A stretch of DNA of 59,318 bases, filler included, from 5 parts of 5 records of this genome joined end to end with filler, not necessarily neighbours in it, one strand, 5' to 3'; positions 49,560 through 59,288 are shown, counted from the whole stretch's first letter. Translations and numbers: made by a program. The notes: a model not told the origin generated them from the letters alone.

Positions 49560-50756
49560 CTACGCTTTCTCGGGTGTGTCCACGGGGTCCAGCCCCGGCA
49601 GCACGTCGCGGTAAGTTTCCAGATCCAGCCCGTGTTCGGCCATCACCTCGGCCGTGTGCTGGGCAAAGCGGGGCGGTGCGCTGTGATAGCTGACCGGCGT
49701 GCGCGACAGTTTGATCGGGCTGCCGGTGCCGCGATAGGCGCCGATGTCCACGATCATTTCACGGTGGGTGGTGTGCGGGTCGGCCACGACCTCGTCGATG
49801 GTGCGCACGGCACCGCAGGGCACGCCCATGCGGATCAGCTTTTCCGACAGCGGGCCGCAGTCGAACGCCGCCATCGCGGTTTCCAGTTCCACCTTGAGCG
49901 CATCCGCGTTGTTCAGCCGGTCGGCATTGCTGGCAAAGCGGGGGTCGGTCGCCAGCGCGGGGTTGCCAATGCCTTCGCACAGTTTGACGAACTGGCGGTT
50001 GTTGCCGACGGTCAGGAACAGCGGCGCGGTTTTGGTCTGGTAGGTGTCATAGGGGCAGATGTTGGGATGCGCGTTGCCGGTGGTGCCTGCGACCTTGCCC
50101 GACAGGTAATAGTTGGGCAGGTGCGGGTGCAGCAGCGACACGCCGCAATCGTACAGGGTCGTTTCAATGAACTGCCCACGCCCGCTGGTGGCGCGTTCGT
50201 TCAGCGCCATGCACACACCCAGCGCCGCGTTCAGGCCGGTGACCATGTCGACCACGGGCAGACCCACGCGCGTGGCATCGCCGCCGCGTTCGCCGTTCAC
50301 GCTCATGATGCCACAGACCGCCTGAATGGCCGCGTCATAGCCGGGCAGACCGCCTTTCGGGCCATCGGCGCCAAAGCCGGACACGCGGCAATGCACCAGC
50401 TTGGGAAACCGCGCTTGCAGCTCTTGGGTGCCCAGACCCCAGCGTTCCAGCGTGCCGGTCTTGAAGTTCTCAAGAAACACGTCGGCATCGGCCAGCAGCT
50501 CCAGCAACAATGTGCGCCCCGCCGGTTGCGAGATGTCCACCGCAATGCCGCGCTTGTTGCGGTTCAGACCCTGAAAATAGCTGGCCGCTCCGTCCAGAAA
50601 GGGAGGACCCCAGCCACGGGTTTCGTCACCGGCGGGCGGCTCCAGCTTGATCACATCCGCACCGTGGTCGGCCAGGATCTGGCCGCAATAGGGCCCACCA
50701 AGGACTCGGCTGGCGTCGATGACCTTGAGGTTGGAAAGGGAGCCGGTGGGCGTCAT
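49560..50756 (-). CDS. CaiB/BaiF (family III) CoA transferase
   Basis: GPYCGQILADHGADVIKLEPP.GD, NRNKR, ENF, SGFG..GP and PGYD. Confidence 0.93.
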   Translation of the reverse strand: MTPTGSLSNLKVIDASRVLGGPYCGQILADHGADVIKLEPPAGDETRGWGPPFLDGAASYFQGLNRNKRGIAVDISQPAGRTLLLELLADADVFLENFKTGTLERWGLGTQELQARFPKLVHCRVSGFGADGPKGGLPGYDAAIQAVCGIMSVNGERGGDATRVGLPVVDMVTGLNAALGVCMALNERATSGRGQFIETTLYDCGVSLLHPHLPNYYLSGKVAGTTGNAHPNICPYDTYQTKTAPLFLTVGNNRQFVKLCEGIGNPALATDPRFASNADRLNNADALKVELETAMAAFDCGPLSEKLIRMGVPCGAVRTIDEVVADPHTTHREMIVDIGAYRGTGSPIKLSRTPVSYHSAPPRFAQHTAEVMAEHGLDLETYRDVLPGLDPVDTPEKA

Positions 50757-50804
50757 GCAATTCTCCGTTCAATCGGTGATGTGCGGCCCCGTCGGGCCAG
50801 TGTT

Positions 50805-51572
50805 TCAGCTGTGTTGCGTTTGGGCGGCCAGGTCACGCCGCCAGTTTTCGGCAAAGGCCGGATAGGTTTCTTCCAGCTTGTCCAGAACCGGACCGCGCAG
50901 CATGGCAAGCGTGGCGGCATCAGGCGCGGGGGTTTGCGGCACCACATCGGGGTGGTCAAAGTCAAAGCCGGTCGCGTCGCGGATGGTTTCAAGCGTTTCG
51001 CCTGGATGGACCGACTCCAGCGTAAAGCCGGGCCGCGTCTTGTCGAAGGAAAACAACGCCTTGCCCGTCAGCAGCGCCACGGGCCCGCCGGGCCGGTACA
51101 CATCCGGCGGGCTGACACCGGGGGCCGAGATGAAATCGACCTGTTCGACCATCACGCGCGGGCTGTGTTCCTCGCGGAACAGGATCACGCGGGGCACGAC
51201 GAAATAGAGATAGGCCGACCCGAAAGAGCCGGGCCACCGGACCTTGCTTTGCGGATAATCCCCCGCGCCGACAAGGTTCACGTTCGCCTGCCCGTCGATC
51301 TGCCCGCCGCCCAGGAAAAAGGCGTCGATGCGCCCCTGACCTGCGCAATCGAACAGTTCGCCCGATCCGTTGGTGAAAAAGTTGTGCGCGACAGACCCAA
51401 GGATCGACAGGCGCACGTGGCGTGTCTGTTCATCCAGCGCCTGACGCAGCATGGCACCGGCGGCGGGCATCGGCGACGATGCGCCAACCGCCACGTGACG
51501 CACATCGGCCAGCAGGGCGGCGATGGCGGTGATCAGCGTTTCGCTGGGCAGTGCAGGGGGCTGGGGCGTCAT
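50805..51572 (-). CDS. GctB-like CoA-transferase-fold beta subunit
   Basis: FFLGGGQIDGQANVN, RWPGSFGS, EHSPR, VDFISAPG and LESVHPG. Confidence 0.85.
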   Translation of the reverse strand: MTPQPPALPSETLITAIAALLADVRHVAVGASSPMPAAGAMLRQALDEQTRHVRLSILGSVAHNFFTNGSGELFDCAGQGRIDAFFLGGGQIDGQANVNLVGAGDYPQSKVRWPGSFGSAYLYFVVPRVILFREEHSPRVMVEQVDFISAPGVSPPDVYRPGGPVALLTGKALFSFDKTRPGFTLESVHPGETLETIRDATGFDFDHPDVVPQTPAPDAATLAMLRGPVLDKLEETYPAFAENWRRDLAAQTQHS

Positions 51573-52384
51573 GTGCGGGCCTCGCTGGGGGTGTCGGTGG
51601 CGGCCATGTAGGCGTCGAACCCCTCTTGCGTGCGGGCGGCGGCGGCATAGCGTTTCAGCGCGTCGGTGTCCGCCGGATAAACGCCCCACAGCCCATAGGG
51701 CCACGCCCCTTGCGGCACATGCGCGATGCCCGACACGTACAAGGCGGGCAGGACCCCCGCAGCGGTGGTTTCATCCGCCAGCAGGTTGTCGTCCACGATG
51801 CGGTCAACGGTGACATAGGTGTCGGTCGCGGCATAGGCCATCGGCGCCAGTTCGCGCCGCCGCCCGATCCAGACGTTGCCCGCGCGGTCGGCCATCGGCG
51901 CGTGAAAAATGGCGACATCTGGCTTGATGGCGGGGATCAGCACCACCGGGTCACCCTGATCGGCAAAGGGGTTGTTGATGACCATCCAGTCGGGGCGGTT
52001 GCGCAGCACGTCGGTGCCGATCAGCCCACGCATCGGGAAAAACGGCGATCCTTTCTGCGCGGCAATCAGCCCCGCGTGAACGGCGGGACAGGTGGCGTCA
52101 ATCACGCGGATGCGCCCCTCTTTCACAGCCGCGTTGAAACGGGGTGCGCCACCGGCCTCGCCCAGGCTGACGGCGCTGGTTTCAACCGAACGGACGCAAC
52201 CCGCGCCGATAAGCTGATCGACCTGCAAGCCACCGGTCGGGACGCAGACAAGGTCAAGATCACGCAGGCCGCGCGCGATCATCGGGCGGGTAAAGGCCAT
52301 CGCAACACCGGCATAATCAACGGGCACGGCGATGCGCATTCCGTTCTCAAGCCGCTCAACCAGTTGGTCCACTGTGGTCAACAT
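51569..52384 (-). CDS. GctA-like CoA-transferase-fold alpha subunit
   Basis: DQLIGAG, PFFPMRGLIGTD, NPF, PAIKPDVAIFHA..ADRAGN and GAWP. Confidence 0.87.
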   Translation of the reverse strand: MLTTVDQLVERLENGMRIAVPVDYAGVAMAFTRPMIARGLRDLDLVCVPTGGLQVDQLIGAGCVRSVETSAVSLGEAGGAPRFNAAVKEGRIRVIDATCPAVHAGLIAAQKGSPFFPMRGLIGTDVLRNRPDWMVINNPFADQGDPVVLIPAIKPDVAIFHAPMADRAGNVWIGRRRELAPMAYAATDTYVTVDRIVDDNLLADETTAAGVLPALYVSGIAHVPQGAWPYGLWGVYPADTDALKRYAAAARTQEGFDAYMAATDTPSEART

Positions 52385-52412
52385 TTCATCCCGCCGCCAT
52401 TCGTTGGTTGTT

Positions 52413-52429
52413 GTTCTATATTGCAGAAC
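52413..52429. promoter_or_regulatory. Putative operator palindrome 1 (IclR-like)
   Basis: GTTCTATATTGCAGAAC, about 30 bp upstream of the alpha-subunit start. Confidence 0.6.
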
Positions 52430-52568
52430 GTTGGTTTGGATAACAAGGTATTCGGCTGGGGTCAAAGTTGTCAATTGCCCAAATTTGCCGCAATGCAGCG
52501 ATATTTCGAAGGTGACGCAAGGGATTGACAGGTGATTTTTTCGATTCAATGATCATATACGGAATAGC

Positions 52569-52585
52569 GTTCTATAATATGGAAC
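52569..52585. promoter_or_regulatory. Putative operator palindrome 2 (IclR-like)
   Basis: GTTCTATAATATGGAAC (13/17 identical to site 1); overlaps a TATAAT upstream of the ABC ATPase RBS. Confidence 0.6.
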
Positions 52586-52600
52586 ACTAGGGAGGACAAG

Positions 52601-53294
52601 ATGACGTTGAAGCTGGCAGACCCTGTTGTTGTGCCCGGCGGTGCTGATGCCCGCCACGATGACGCGCCGCGTGCGGGCATTGGTTCGGGGATCACGATCG
52701 AAAACGTGACGAAACGATACGGCGCATTCGTCGCCGCAGACCGCATCAGTCTGGACATCCAGCCGGGCGAATTTGTCACGCTTCTCGGGCCGTCTGGCAG
52801 CGGCAAAACGACCTTGTTGAACCTGCTGGCCGGCTTCCAGCGCGTCGATGGCGGTGAAATCCGTGTTGATGGCAAGCGGGTACAAAACGTGCCGGTTCAC
52901 AAGCGCGGCTTCGGCATGGTGTTTCAAAGCTATGCGTTGTTTCCGAACATGACGGTGGCGCAGAACGTCGGCTTTCCCATGCGCATGGCGGGGATCAACC
53001 GCGCCGATACCGACCGGCGCGTGGCGGAAACGCTTGGGATGATGCAGCTTTCGGATTCAGCGGCCAAGATGCCATCCGAGATGTCGGGCGGTCAGCAGCA
53101 GCGGGTCGCCATCGCGCGGTCCATCGTCATGCGGCCAAAGGTTGTGTTGATGGACGAACCGCTAAGCGCGCTGGACCGGCGGCTGCGCGAGTCGATCCAG
53201 ATGGAAATACGCGACCTGCACCGGACCATCGGCAGCACGTTCCTGTTCGTCACCCATGACCAGAGCGAGGCGCTGACCATGTCGGACCGCATTG
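52601..53294 (+). CDS. ABC transporter ATP-binding protein (PotA-like), 3' truncated
   Basis: GPSGSGKT, VFQSYALFP, MSGGQQQR, MDEPLSALD and VTHDQ. Confidence 0.93.
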
Positions 53295-53394
53295 NNNNNN
53301 NNNNNNNNNNNNNNNNNNNNNNNNNNNNNNNNNNNNNNTTAATTAATTAANNNNNNNNNNNNNNNNNNNNNNNNNNNNNNNNNNNNNNNNNNNN
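53295..53394. other. Artificial contig linker
   Basis: 44 N + TTAATTAATTAA + 44 N. Confidence 0.99.
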
Positions 53395-54319
53395 CAACAA
53401 GTACAAGGCGCGCATCAAGATCCTGGTGCGCTCGCTCGGCGTCGAGGAGTTCGGTCGTCTGGTCGAGGAGGAGTGGGAGCAGATCAAGGACTCCGCGCTT
53501 CACTTGACGCAAGAAGAGATCGACCGCGTCTCGGCGTACTTTGTCGACCCTGATTACTCGGATGAGCCTGGCGAGGTGAGCGAGGTCGAGGCATTCGCCG
53601 CGAGCAACCCGAGGTTCGCGCGCTGGTACAAGCGCAACGTGCACGAGCACAAGGTCGAGGGCTACTTCGCCATAACGCTCTCGCTCAAGGCGCCAGGGGT
53701 TCCTCCTGGTGATATCACGGACGAGCAGCTCGACCTCGTGGCTGATCTGGCGGACACCTACAGTTTTGGTCGCGTGCGCACGACGCACGAGCAGAACCTG
53801 GTGCTCTCGGATGTCCCGGCCAAGCAACTGGTCGCGCTCTGGGAGACGCTCGACGCCAACGCCCTGGCGACGCCAAACGTCGGCACGCTGGCGGACATGA
53901 TCTGTTGCCCGGGACTGGACTTCTGCGCGCTCGCCAACGCGGGCAGCATCGGCGTCGCGGCGTCGATTTACGAGAAGTTCGACGACCTCGACTACCTCTA
54001 CGATCTCGGCGAGATCAAGCTCAAGATGTCGGGCTGCATCAACTCGTGCGGGCACCACCACGTGGGGCATATCGGGATCCTCGGGATCGACAAGCGCGGC
54101 GAGGAGTTCTACCAGCTGATGCTCGGCGGCGAGGCGAGCGATGACGCGTCGCTCGGCAAGTGGCTCGGGCCAGCGCTGGCGAAGGCGGATGTGCCGGATG
54201 CGGTCGGGAAAGTGCTCGACGTGTACGTCGAGGAGCGCGCGGACGGCGAGAGATTTATCGACACCTATCGGCGCATCGGGCCGGACAAGTTCAAGGAGCG
54301 TGTATATGACGCAGCGTAA
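53395..54319 (+). CDS. cysI: Nitrite/sulfite reductase hemoprotein (CysI-like), 5' truncated
   Basis: NKYKARIKILV, RTTHEQN, ICCPGLDFCALAN and SGCINSCGHHH (siroheme/4Fe-4S ligands); followed by DUF934. Confidence 0.88.
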
Positions 54320-54797
54320 TGTGATCCGAAATCGCGAGATCGTTCAGGATGACTGGGAGTACCTCGGAGCAGAGGACGCGGTGCCACAAGGCGCGAAGGT
54401 GATCGTCGAGCTCGCGCGTTGGAAGCAAGAGCGCGACGAGCTGCTGCAAGCCGCGGAGAAGGTCGGCGTGCTGCTCAAGGGCGATGATGACCCGAAGGAG
54501 CTCGTCGAGGATTTCGATGTGCTCTCTGCGATCTCGCTCGACTTCCCCAAGTTCGCCGATGGGCGCTGTTATTCGCACGCGCGCCTGCTGCGCAGCCGCC
54601 ATGGCTGGAAGAAGGATCTCCGCGCGCATGGCGACATTCTGCGCGATCAAGCCTTCTTCCTCTGGAGGTGTGGCATCGACGTGCTCGAGCTTCGCGAGGA
54701 CAAGGACCCCAACGATGCGCTCGAGGCGTTCCGGGAGTTCTCGGTGACTTATCAACCTGCCGAGGACACCGATAAAGCTATCTATCACCTGCGCTAA
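54306..54797 (+). CDS. DUF934 protein (sulfite reductase-associated)
   Basis: LDFPKFADGRCYSHARLLR, LRAHGDILRDQ and FSVTYQ. Confidence 0.92.
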   Translation: MTQRNVIRNREIVQDDWEYLGAEDAVPQGAKVIVELARWKQERDELLQAAEKVGVLLKGDDDPKELVEDFDVLSAISLDFPKFADGRCYSHARLLRSRHGWKKDLRAHGDILRDQAFFLWRCGIDVLELREDKDPNDALEAFREFSVTYQPAEDTDKAIYHLR

Positions 54798-54835
54798 TCG
54801 CGTCATACGAGCGTGCGAGCGACCGTGATGAGAGG

Positions 54836-54872
54836 AAAGAGTCGAGGGAGAGTATCCCTCGGCTCTTTTTTT
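54836..54872 (+). terminator. Intrinsic terminator
   Basis: GAGTCGAGGGA-GAGTA-TCCCTCGGCTC-TTTTTTT. Confidence 0.85.
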
Positions 54873-55010
54873 CATCCTTTCGAGACGTTACACTGGGAAG
54901 GGAATAGCGCGTGGTGAGGGCTTGCTTCGAGTAAAGGTGTGGTCGCCACACCCGAAACATTCAGGCAACCCCGCGCTCGTGGACTGGACTGATACCAGAA
55001 GGAGCTGCTC

Positions 55011-56324
55011 GTGATCGCGATCAAACCTCGTCACCTGGCCTTGACTGCAACCCTCCCGACGATCTTCATCATCCAGGCCACGCTATCCTCCCCCTCACAC
55101 GCTCCCTGCAAACAACAGCTCGACACCCGACCCACCATCAGCGCCATTGACTCGCCGCATGTCGACCGCGTGATGGTCCCGCTCGACGATGAGATCCTCG
55201 AGGAGGGGAGCGCGTCGGTGGTGGTGCACGAGTCCTTCGCGCCAAAACGCTTCGAGCAGCCCGTAAAGCGCCACAAGGCTGGCGAGTTTGCCTGGCGCTG
55301 GCGCTGGAAAAAGACGCCGGATTTCAAGGCGAATCAATCGGCATCGCTAAAGGATGGCAAGCTCGAGCTGGTCAAGTTCCACAACGAGCGAGGCACGCGC
55401 GGCGCCGAGCGCATCCCTGCGCTCGAGCGCAGGGATAATGACGGGAAGCTCGTCTGGAGCTTCCTCCCCAGGGAGACCGCCAACCGCGCGAAGAGTGCCC
55501 GGGCGCCCGTCTCCGCGCAGGTGCTTCGCCATGGTGATGTTGCCTACGTGATCTATCACACCACCGGGTTGGTGACGGGGTGCGAGGTTTACGCCGTCGA
55601 GCTCGAGACGGGGCTCCCCCTCTGGCGCGAGCTGCTCGAAGATTTCGATCGTCACGGTTGGTACACCAACAACGTGCAGGCCGAGATCAAGGATGGCGTG
55701 CTCGATGTTCACATCTTTAGCGACGCGGTGCTCTCGGGGTATCGCCTCGATGCGGCGCGCGGGGAAATCCTCGAGCGCAGAGATGTGACGATGATGGGCG
55801 CGTTGACGAGGCTCCAAGCCGATCACGCCGAGGGGCTCGAGCTGCGTCGTATCGTTGTGGCCGATGGCCACTACCTCGGGCTCGAGCGTCCTCACCGCAA
55901 GCAAGGGGAGGGCGTCCAGATCACGCGCCGTGACTCGCAGGATAACTCGCGCTGGCGCCTGACCATGTCGGGTGACGTGCTCCGCGTGTTCCAGGACAAG
56001 GACACGCCTGACATCCTCCAGATCCTGACCTACGACGAGAAGGCTGGCGGCGCGCTCGTGACGGCCATCGACATCGACCATGGCGAGATCCTGTGGGCCA
56101 ATCAGCTCGAGGGTATCGGCAAGAATGGCGGTCGATTGCGCGAGCGCGAGCTCCACACCTTCGTGGGGAGTTACCGCGGCGTGGATGGAGAACTCCACGA
56201 AGTTCTTCTGGTGCAAGGCTCCGAGATTCGCGAGCATGGCACCGAAGCGCGTGACTATTCATTTGTCGAGGCGCTCGATCCTCGCACGGGACGCACGCAC
56301 TTTAACGTGCAGTTCCTCCCTTGA
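55011..56324 (+). CDS. Exported PQQ-like beta-propeller-motif protein, paralog A
   Basis: RBS AGGAG and GTG start; signal-like N-terminus; two copies of a G..V.A.(D/E)...G..LW...LE module. Confidence 0.7.
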   Translation: MIAIKPRHLALTATLPTIFIIQATLSSPSHAPCKQQLDTRPTISAIDSPHVDRVMVPLDDEILEEGSASVVVHESFAPKRFEQPVKRHKAGEFAWRWRWKKTPDFKANQSASLKDGKLELVKFHNERGTRGAERIPALERRDNDGKLVWSFLPRETANRAKSARAPVSAQVLRHGDVAYVIYHTTGLVTGCEVYAVELETGLPLWRELLEDFDRHGWYTNNVQAEIKDGVLDVHIFSDAVLSGYRLDAARGEILERRDVTMMGALTRLQADHAEGLELRRIVVADGHYLGLERPHRKQGEGVQITRRDSQDNSRWRLTMSGDVLRVFQDKDTPDILQILTYDEKAGGALVTAIDIDHGEILWANQLEGIGKNGGRLRERELHTFVGSYRGVDGELHEVLLVQGSEIREHGTEARDYSFVEALDPRTGRTHFNVQFLP

Positions 56325-56436
56325 ACTTTGCTGGAACAACCTCTCCGAGCGTGACTGTTTCTGTCCTCGAGCCTTTAAAGTGAACTCGGGCCAGCGATGT
56401 CGCGCTCGTTTTGTAACCACCTCACGGAAGTGATCC

Positions 56437-57852
56437 ATGAGCCTTTTCTCGGATGCCTCTCATCGCGTACAGCGAGCAAGCACGCGCCTGCTCGCTGTCT
56501 CTATTCTCCTCGCGCTGACATCGCTCGCGTGTGACACCCAGGATGCCGAGGAGGTTGTCCCGGTGGCCAATACACCAGAGGTTTCCTCGGCGTCACTGAC
56601 CGAGGAGAGCTCGGAGGATAAGAGCGAGGATGGCGCCGAGCCAGGCGCTGGACGCGAGGTGAAGTTCCCGACCAAGAAAGCTTCGCCCGAACCAGTGAAG
56701 AAGGCGCCGACCTGGCGCTGGGCGCTAGATTCAGATGGTCGCGAGGGAATCACTCAGCGCGAAGCGTATGCGGTGTTGCCGGGGAGTGAGTCGCGCGTGG
56801 GGTGCCGTTTCCGCGGCGAGCTAAACTCGGATCACGTGAGCGTGTCGTGCGGTGTGGCCAAGATCGATACGAGGCGAGGAGAGCGTGAGGCTCCTTCACC
56901 GATGTGGTCGAAGCGGCTCGACGGGCAGTTCGTCGATCAGGCCGCGTTGGTGATCCACAAGGAGCACCTGTATGTGGTGCATCACTCCTTGATCGCGACC
57001 GGCGCGATGGCGATGGCGTTCGATATCAGGACAGGCAAGATGCTCTGGGAGAAGGCGCTCGAGGGGGTCGGTCCGGTCAGTCACAGCAAGTATCGAAACG
57101 AGGTCCAGGTTCGCATCGAGCAGGGACTTACTGGTTCACATCTTGTCGTTTATGGTCGCGAGTCGAGCGGGCGTTACATCGAGACGCTCGACCTCTCGAG
57201 CGGCAGGCAGCTTTCGAATCACAAGCTCGAGTCGCGTCATTCCGAGATCCCGGAAGCGAGCGCGACGTTGCCGCTGCTCGATAAGAAGAGCGGCAAGCTG
57301 CGTGTCTATGGCACCGACGGCGGCGCGGACATCTCGTATACCTTGACCGAGGGGGATCGAGGTCGCGCGATCCTTGCCAAGCACGCCACGGATGGGAGCA
57401 CAGTTTGGAGCATGCCGCTGGCAGGTCTCGCGTTCGATAAAATCAGCAGCTTCCGCGAACATGGCAACAGGGTGTTTTTGTTGATTCCTGGCAAGGAGAG
57501 CGTCCTCGTGAAGTCGGTCTCGGCCGAGAATGGCTTGCCGCTTGGCGCCACACAAATCACTCCCGAGCTTCACGGTGAGAAGTACACCTGGCTGTGGCAG
57601 CGTCGCGATAACAACCTCGTCCTCCATCATGGCGTCCCCACTAAAGATGTCGCCGGGCTCGAACCTGGCGCGAAGATCGAGATGGATAAGAAGTTCTCAC
57701 ACGAGGTCTTCGAAATCGGCCTGAAGAACGAACTCGTCGGGCACATTCGCTCGATGCAAGAAGAAGAGCAACAAGCTGTGCTCACATCGCCTGGTGCAAG
57801 ATGGGGCGCCAGGGTCAAGGTCACGAACACCATCTCGCTCTCGACGAAATGA
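56437..57852 (+). CDS. Putative lipoprotein with PQQ-like beta-propeller motifs, paralog B
   Basis: Lipobox-like SLAC, low-complexity linker and AFDIRTGKMLWEKALEGVGPVSHSKYRNEV. Confidence 0.75.
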   Translation: MSLFSDASHRVQRASTRLLAVSILLALTSLACDTQDAEEVVPVANTPEVSSASLTEESSEDKSEDGAEPGAGREVKFPTKKASPEPVKKAPTWRWALDSDGREGITQREAYAVLPGSESRVGCRFRGELNSDHVSVSCGVAKIDTRRGEREAPSPMWSKRLDGQFVDQAALVIHKEHLYVVHHSLIATGAMAMAFDIRTGKMLWEKALEGVGPVSHSKYRNEVQVRIEQGLTGSHLVVYGRESSGRYIETLDLSSGRQLSNHKLESRHSEIPEASATLPLLDKKSGKLRVYGTDGGADISYTLTEGDRGRAILAKHATDGSTVWSMPLAGLAFDKISSFREHGNRVFLLIPGKESVLVKSVSAENGLPLGATQITPELHGEKYTWLWQRRDNNLVLHHGVPTKDVAGLEPGAKIEMDKKFSHEVFEIGLKNELVGHIRSMQEEEQQAVLTSPGARWGARVKVTNTISLSTK

Positions 57853-59138
57853 GCAGAGTTTTAACCGCATCGCGCCTCTTGTTTCTCGTGACTTTGCTCG
57901 CTTCGTGCGTCTGCGCGAGTGGGTGCGAGCAGGACACCACGAAGAAGGCGACCGCGGCGCCGATCGCGATGGCGCCTGCCATGGAAGCTCGGGCTGTGGA
58001 TAAGCCCGGCGCAGGGCGCGCAGCAGCTTTCCCCTCGAGCCCCGATGAGGATGCGCCGACCGTTGGTTCAGACGGCCCACCTTCGCTATGGTCCTGGAAC
58101 CTCGAGCACGCGAGGGCAAGCAGGGAGAAGCCCGCGAGCGTATCATTTGTAGGACCCTCGCTTACCGGCCTTGTCACGTGTTTGTATGAGCGCCCCACGG
58201 ACTCCAGCGCTCAGACTATCGAGTGTTCGCTCCAGAACATTGGTGGTCGTCCTGATGTTCATAACCGCCTCTGGAAAAAGGAAATCGAGCACGGAGGCAC
58301 GCGCTATGATAGTGCGTCTCTCACCGTCGCCAGTCAGGGCACGCAGCTGTTCGTCGTCATGTACTCGAGGGCGTCTTCTGGCGGCGTGGCGATGGCGCTC
58401 GATTTCACGGATGGTGACCTGCTCTGGTCACAGCGGCTCGAGGCGCTCGGGGACATCGAACACAGCGAGTATCACTCGGAAGTGCGCGCCGGTTATACCC
58501 GCTTGCCCGGGGTGGAAGAGTCCGCGTTCGTTGTCTATGGCAATGAGTCACAGGGTCGCTACGTCGAGGTCTTTCATCCCGTTATGGGGCATCGCATCAG
58601 GCACGACAAACTCCCACCGCTCGAGCCTCTCTTACGGCCTGATCCCGAGACCGAACCATGGGGGCTCGGGGTCGATGGGGAGGCCAGTGTTTCGATAAAG
58701 CAGGGGTGGGGTTACTACTCACTGGTGGAGGTTGGCGACAAACGCCTGGCGCTCCGCAAATTTGAAGGGCATCGGCGAGAGCTCTGGGGGGTCGGTGCAG
58801 ATGGAGAGGATACCGAAAATATCCGATGCTTCTTCGAGCAGGGAGACGCGGTGTTTATCGCGCTGCAATCGGGTCATGACGTGGTCCTGACTGTGTATGC
58901 CGCAGAAGATGGCGAGAAGAGAGCCTCGCAGGTGATCTCGAACACATCGCTGGAGCTTGTCTGTGAGCGCGGCGAGGATTTCGCCACGATCTATCTCGAG
59001 AGACCTGCCAAACAGTCTGATGTGGAGCCAGACGCGAAGCTCCCCGATGACGCGACGCTTCGCGTGATCCGAGAGTATGACTCGCGAGGAAACCAGGTCT
59101 CTGATATCCGCGGGATCTGGTCGAAGACATCGAAGTGA
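57849..59138 (+). CDS. Putative lipoprotein with PQQ-like beta-propeller motifs, paralog C
   Basis: ATGA overlap with paralog B; LLASC/ASGC lipobox candidates; ALDFTDGDLLWSQRLEALGDIEHSEYHSEV. Confidence 0.75.
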   Translation: MSRVLTASRLLFLVTLLASCVCASGCEQDTTKKATAAPIAMAPAMEARAVDKPGAGRAAAFPSSPDEDAPTVGSDGPPSLWSWNLEHARASREKPASVSFVGPSLTGLVTCLYERPTDSSAQTIECSLQNIGGRPDVHNRLWKKEIEHGGTRYDSASLTVASQGTQLFVVMYSRASSGGVAMALDFTDGDLLWSQRLEALGDIEHSEYHSEVRAGYTRLPGVEESAFVVYGNESQGRYVEVFHPVMGHRIRHDKLPPLEPLLRPDPETEPWGLGVDGEASVSIKQGWGYYSLVEVGDKRLALRKFEGHRRELWGVGADGEDTENIRCFFEQGDAVFIALQSGHDVVLTVYAAEDGEKRASQVISNTSLELVCERGEDFATIYLERPAKQSDVEPDAKLPDDATLRVIREYDSRGNQVSDIRGIWSKTSK

Positions 59139-59288
59139 ACGCGGCCTGGCTGCGCGCGTTCATCCTCGGCGCGAAGCCGCAGTGATACATGCCTCTTGTA
59201 AGAGCGCCCCGGTGGTTTCGAAGTGACAGGCCACAAATGCTGGCGGCCCGAGCGATCCTGGCACGAAATTTTCAAATATTTCAGATAG

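Noticed and set aside
49266..51611. 781-aa plus-strand ORF (also 47168-48613 and 40571-41584)
   Set aside because: Antisense shadows of well-supported minus-strand genes.
27276..54797. Apparent sulfur theme (tRNA-Cys, cysDNC, cysK, rhodanese, cysI)
   Set aside because: The genes lie on different contigs from different organisms.
59258..59275. Sigma-54-like TGGCACG-N4-TTTCA
   Set aside because: The -12 GC is missing and no downstream gene is visible in the window.
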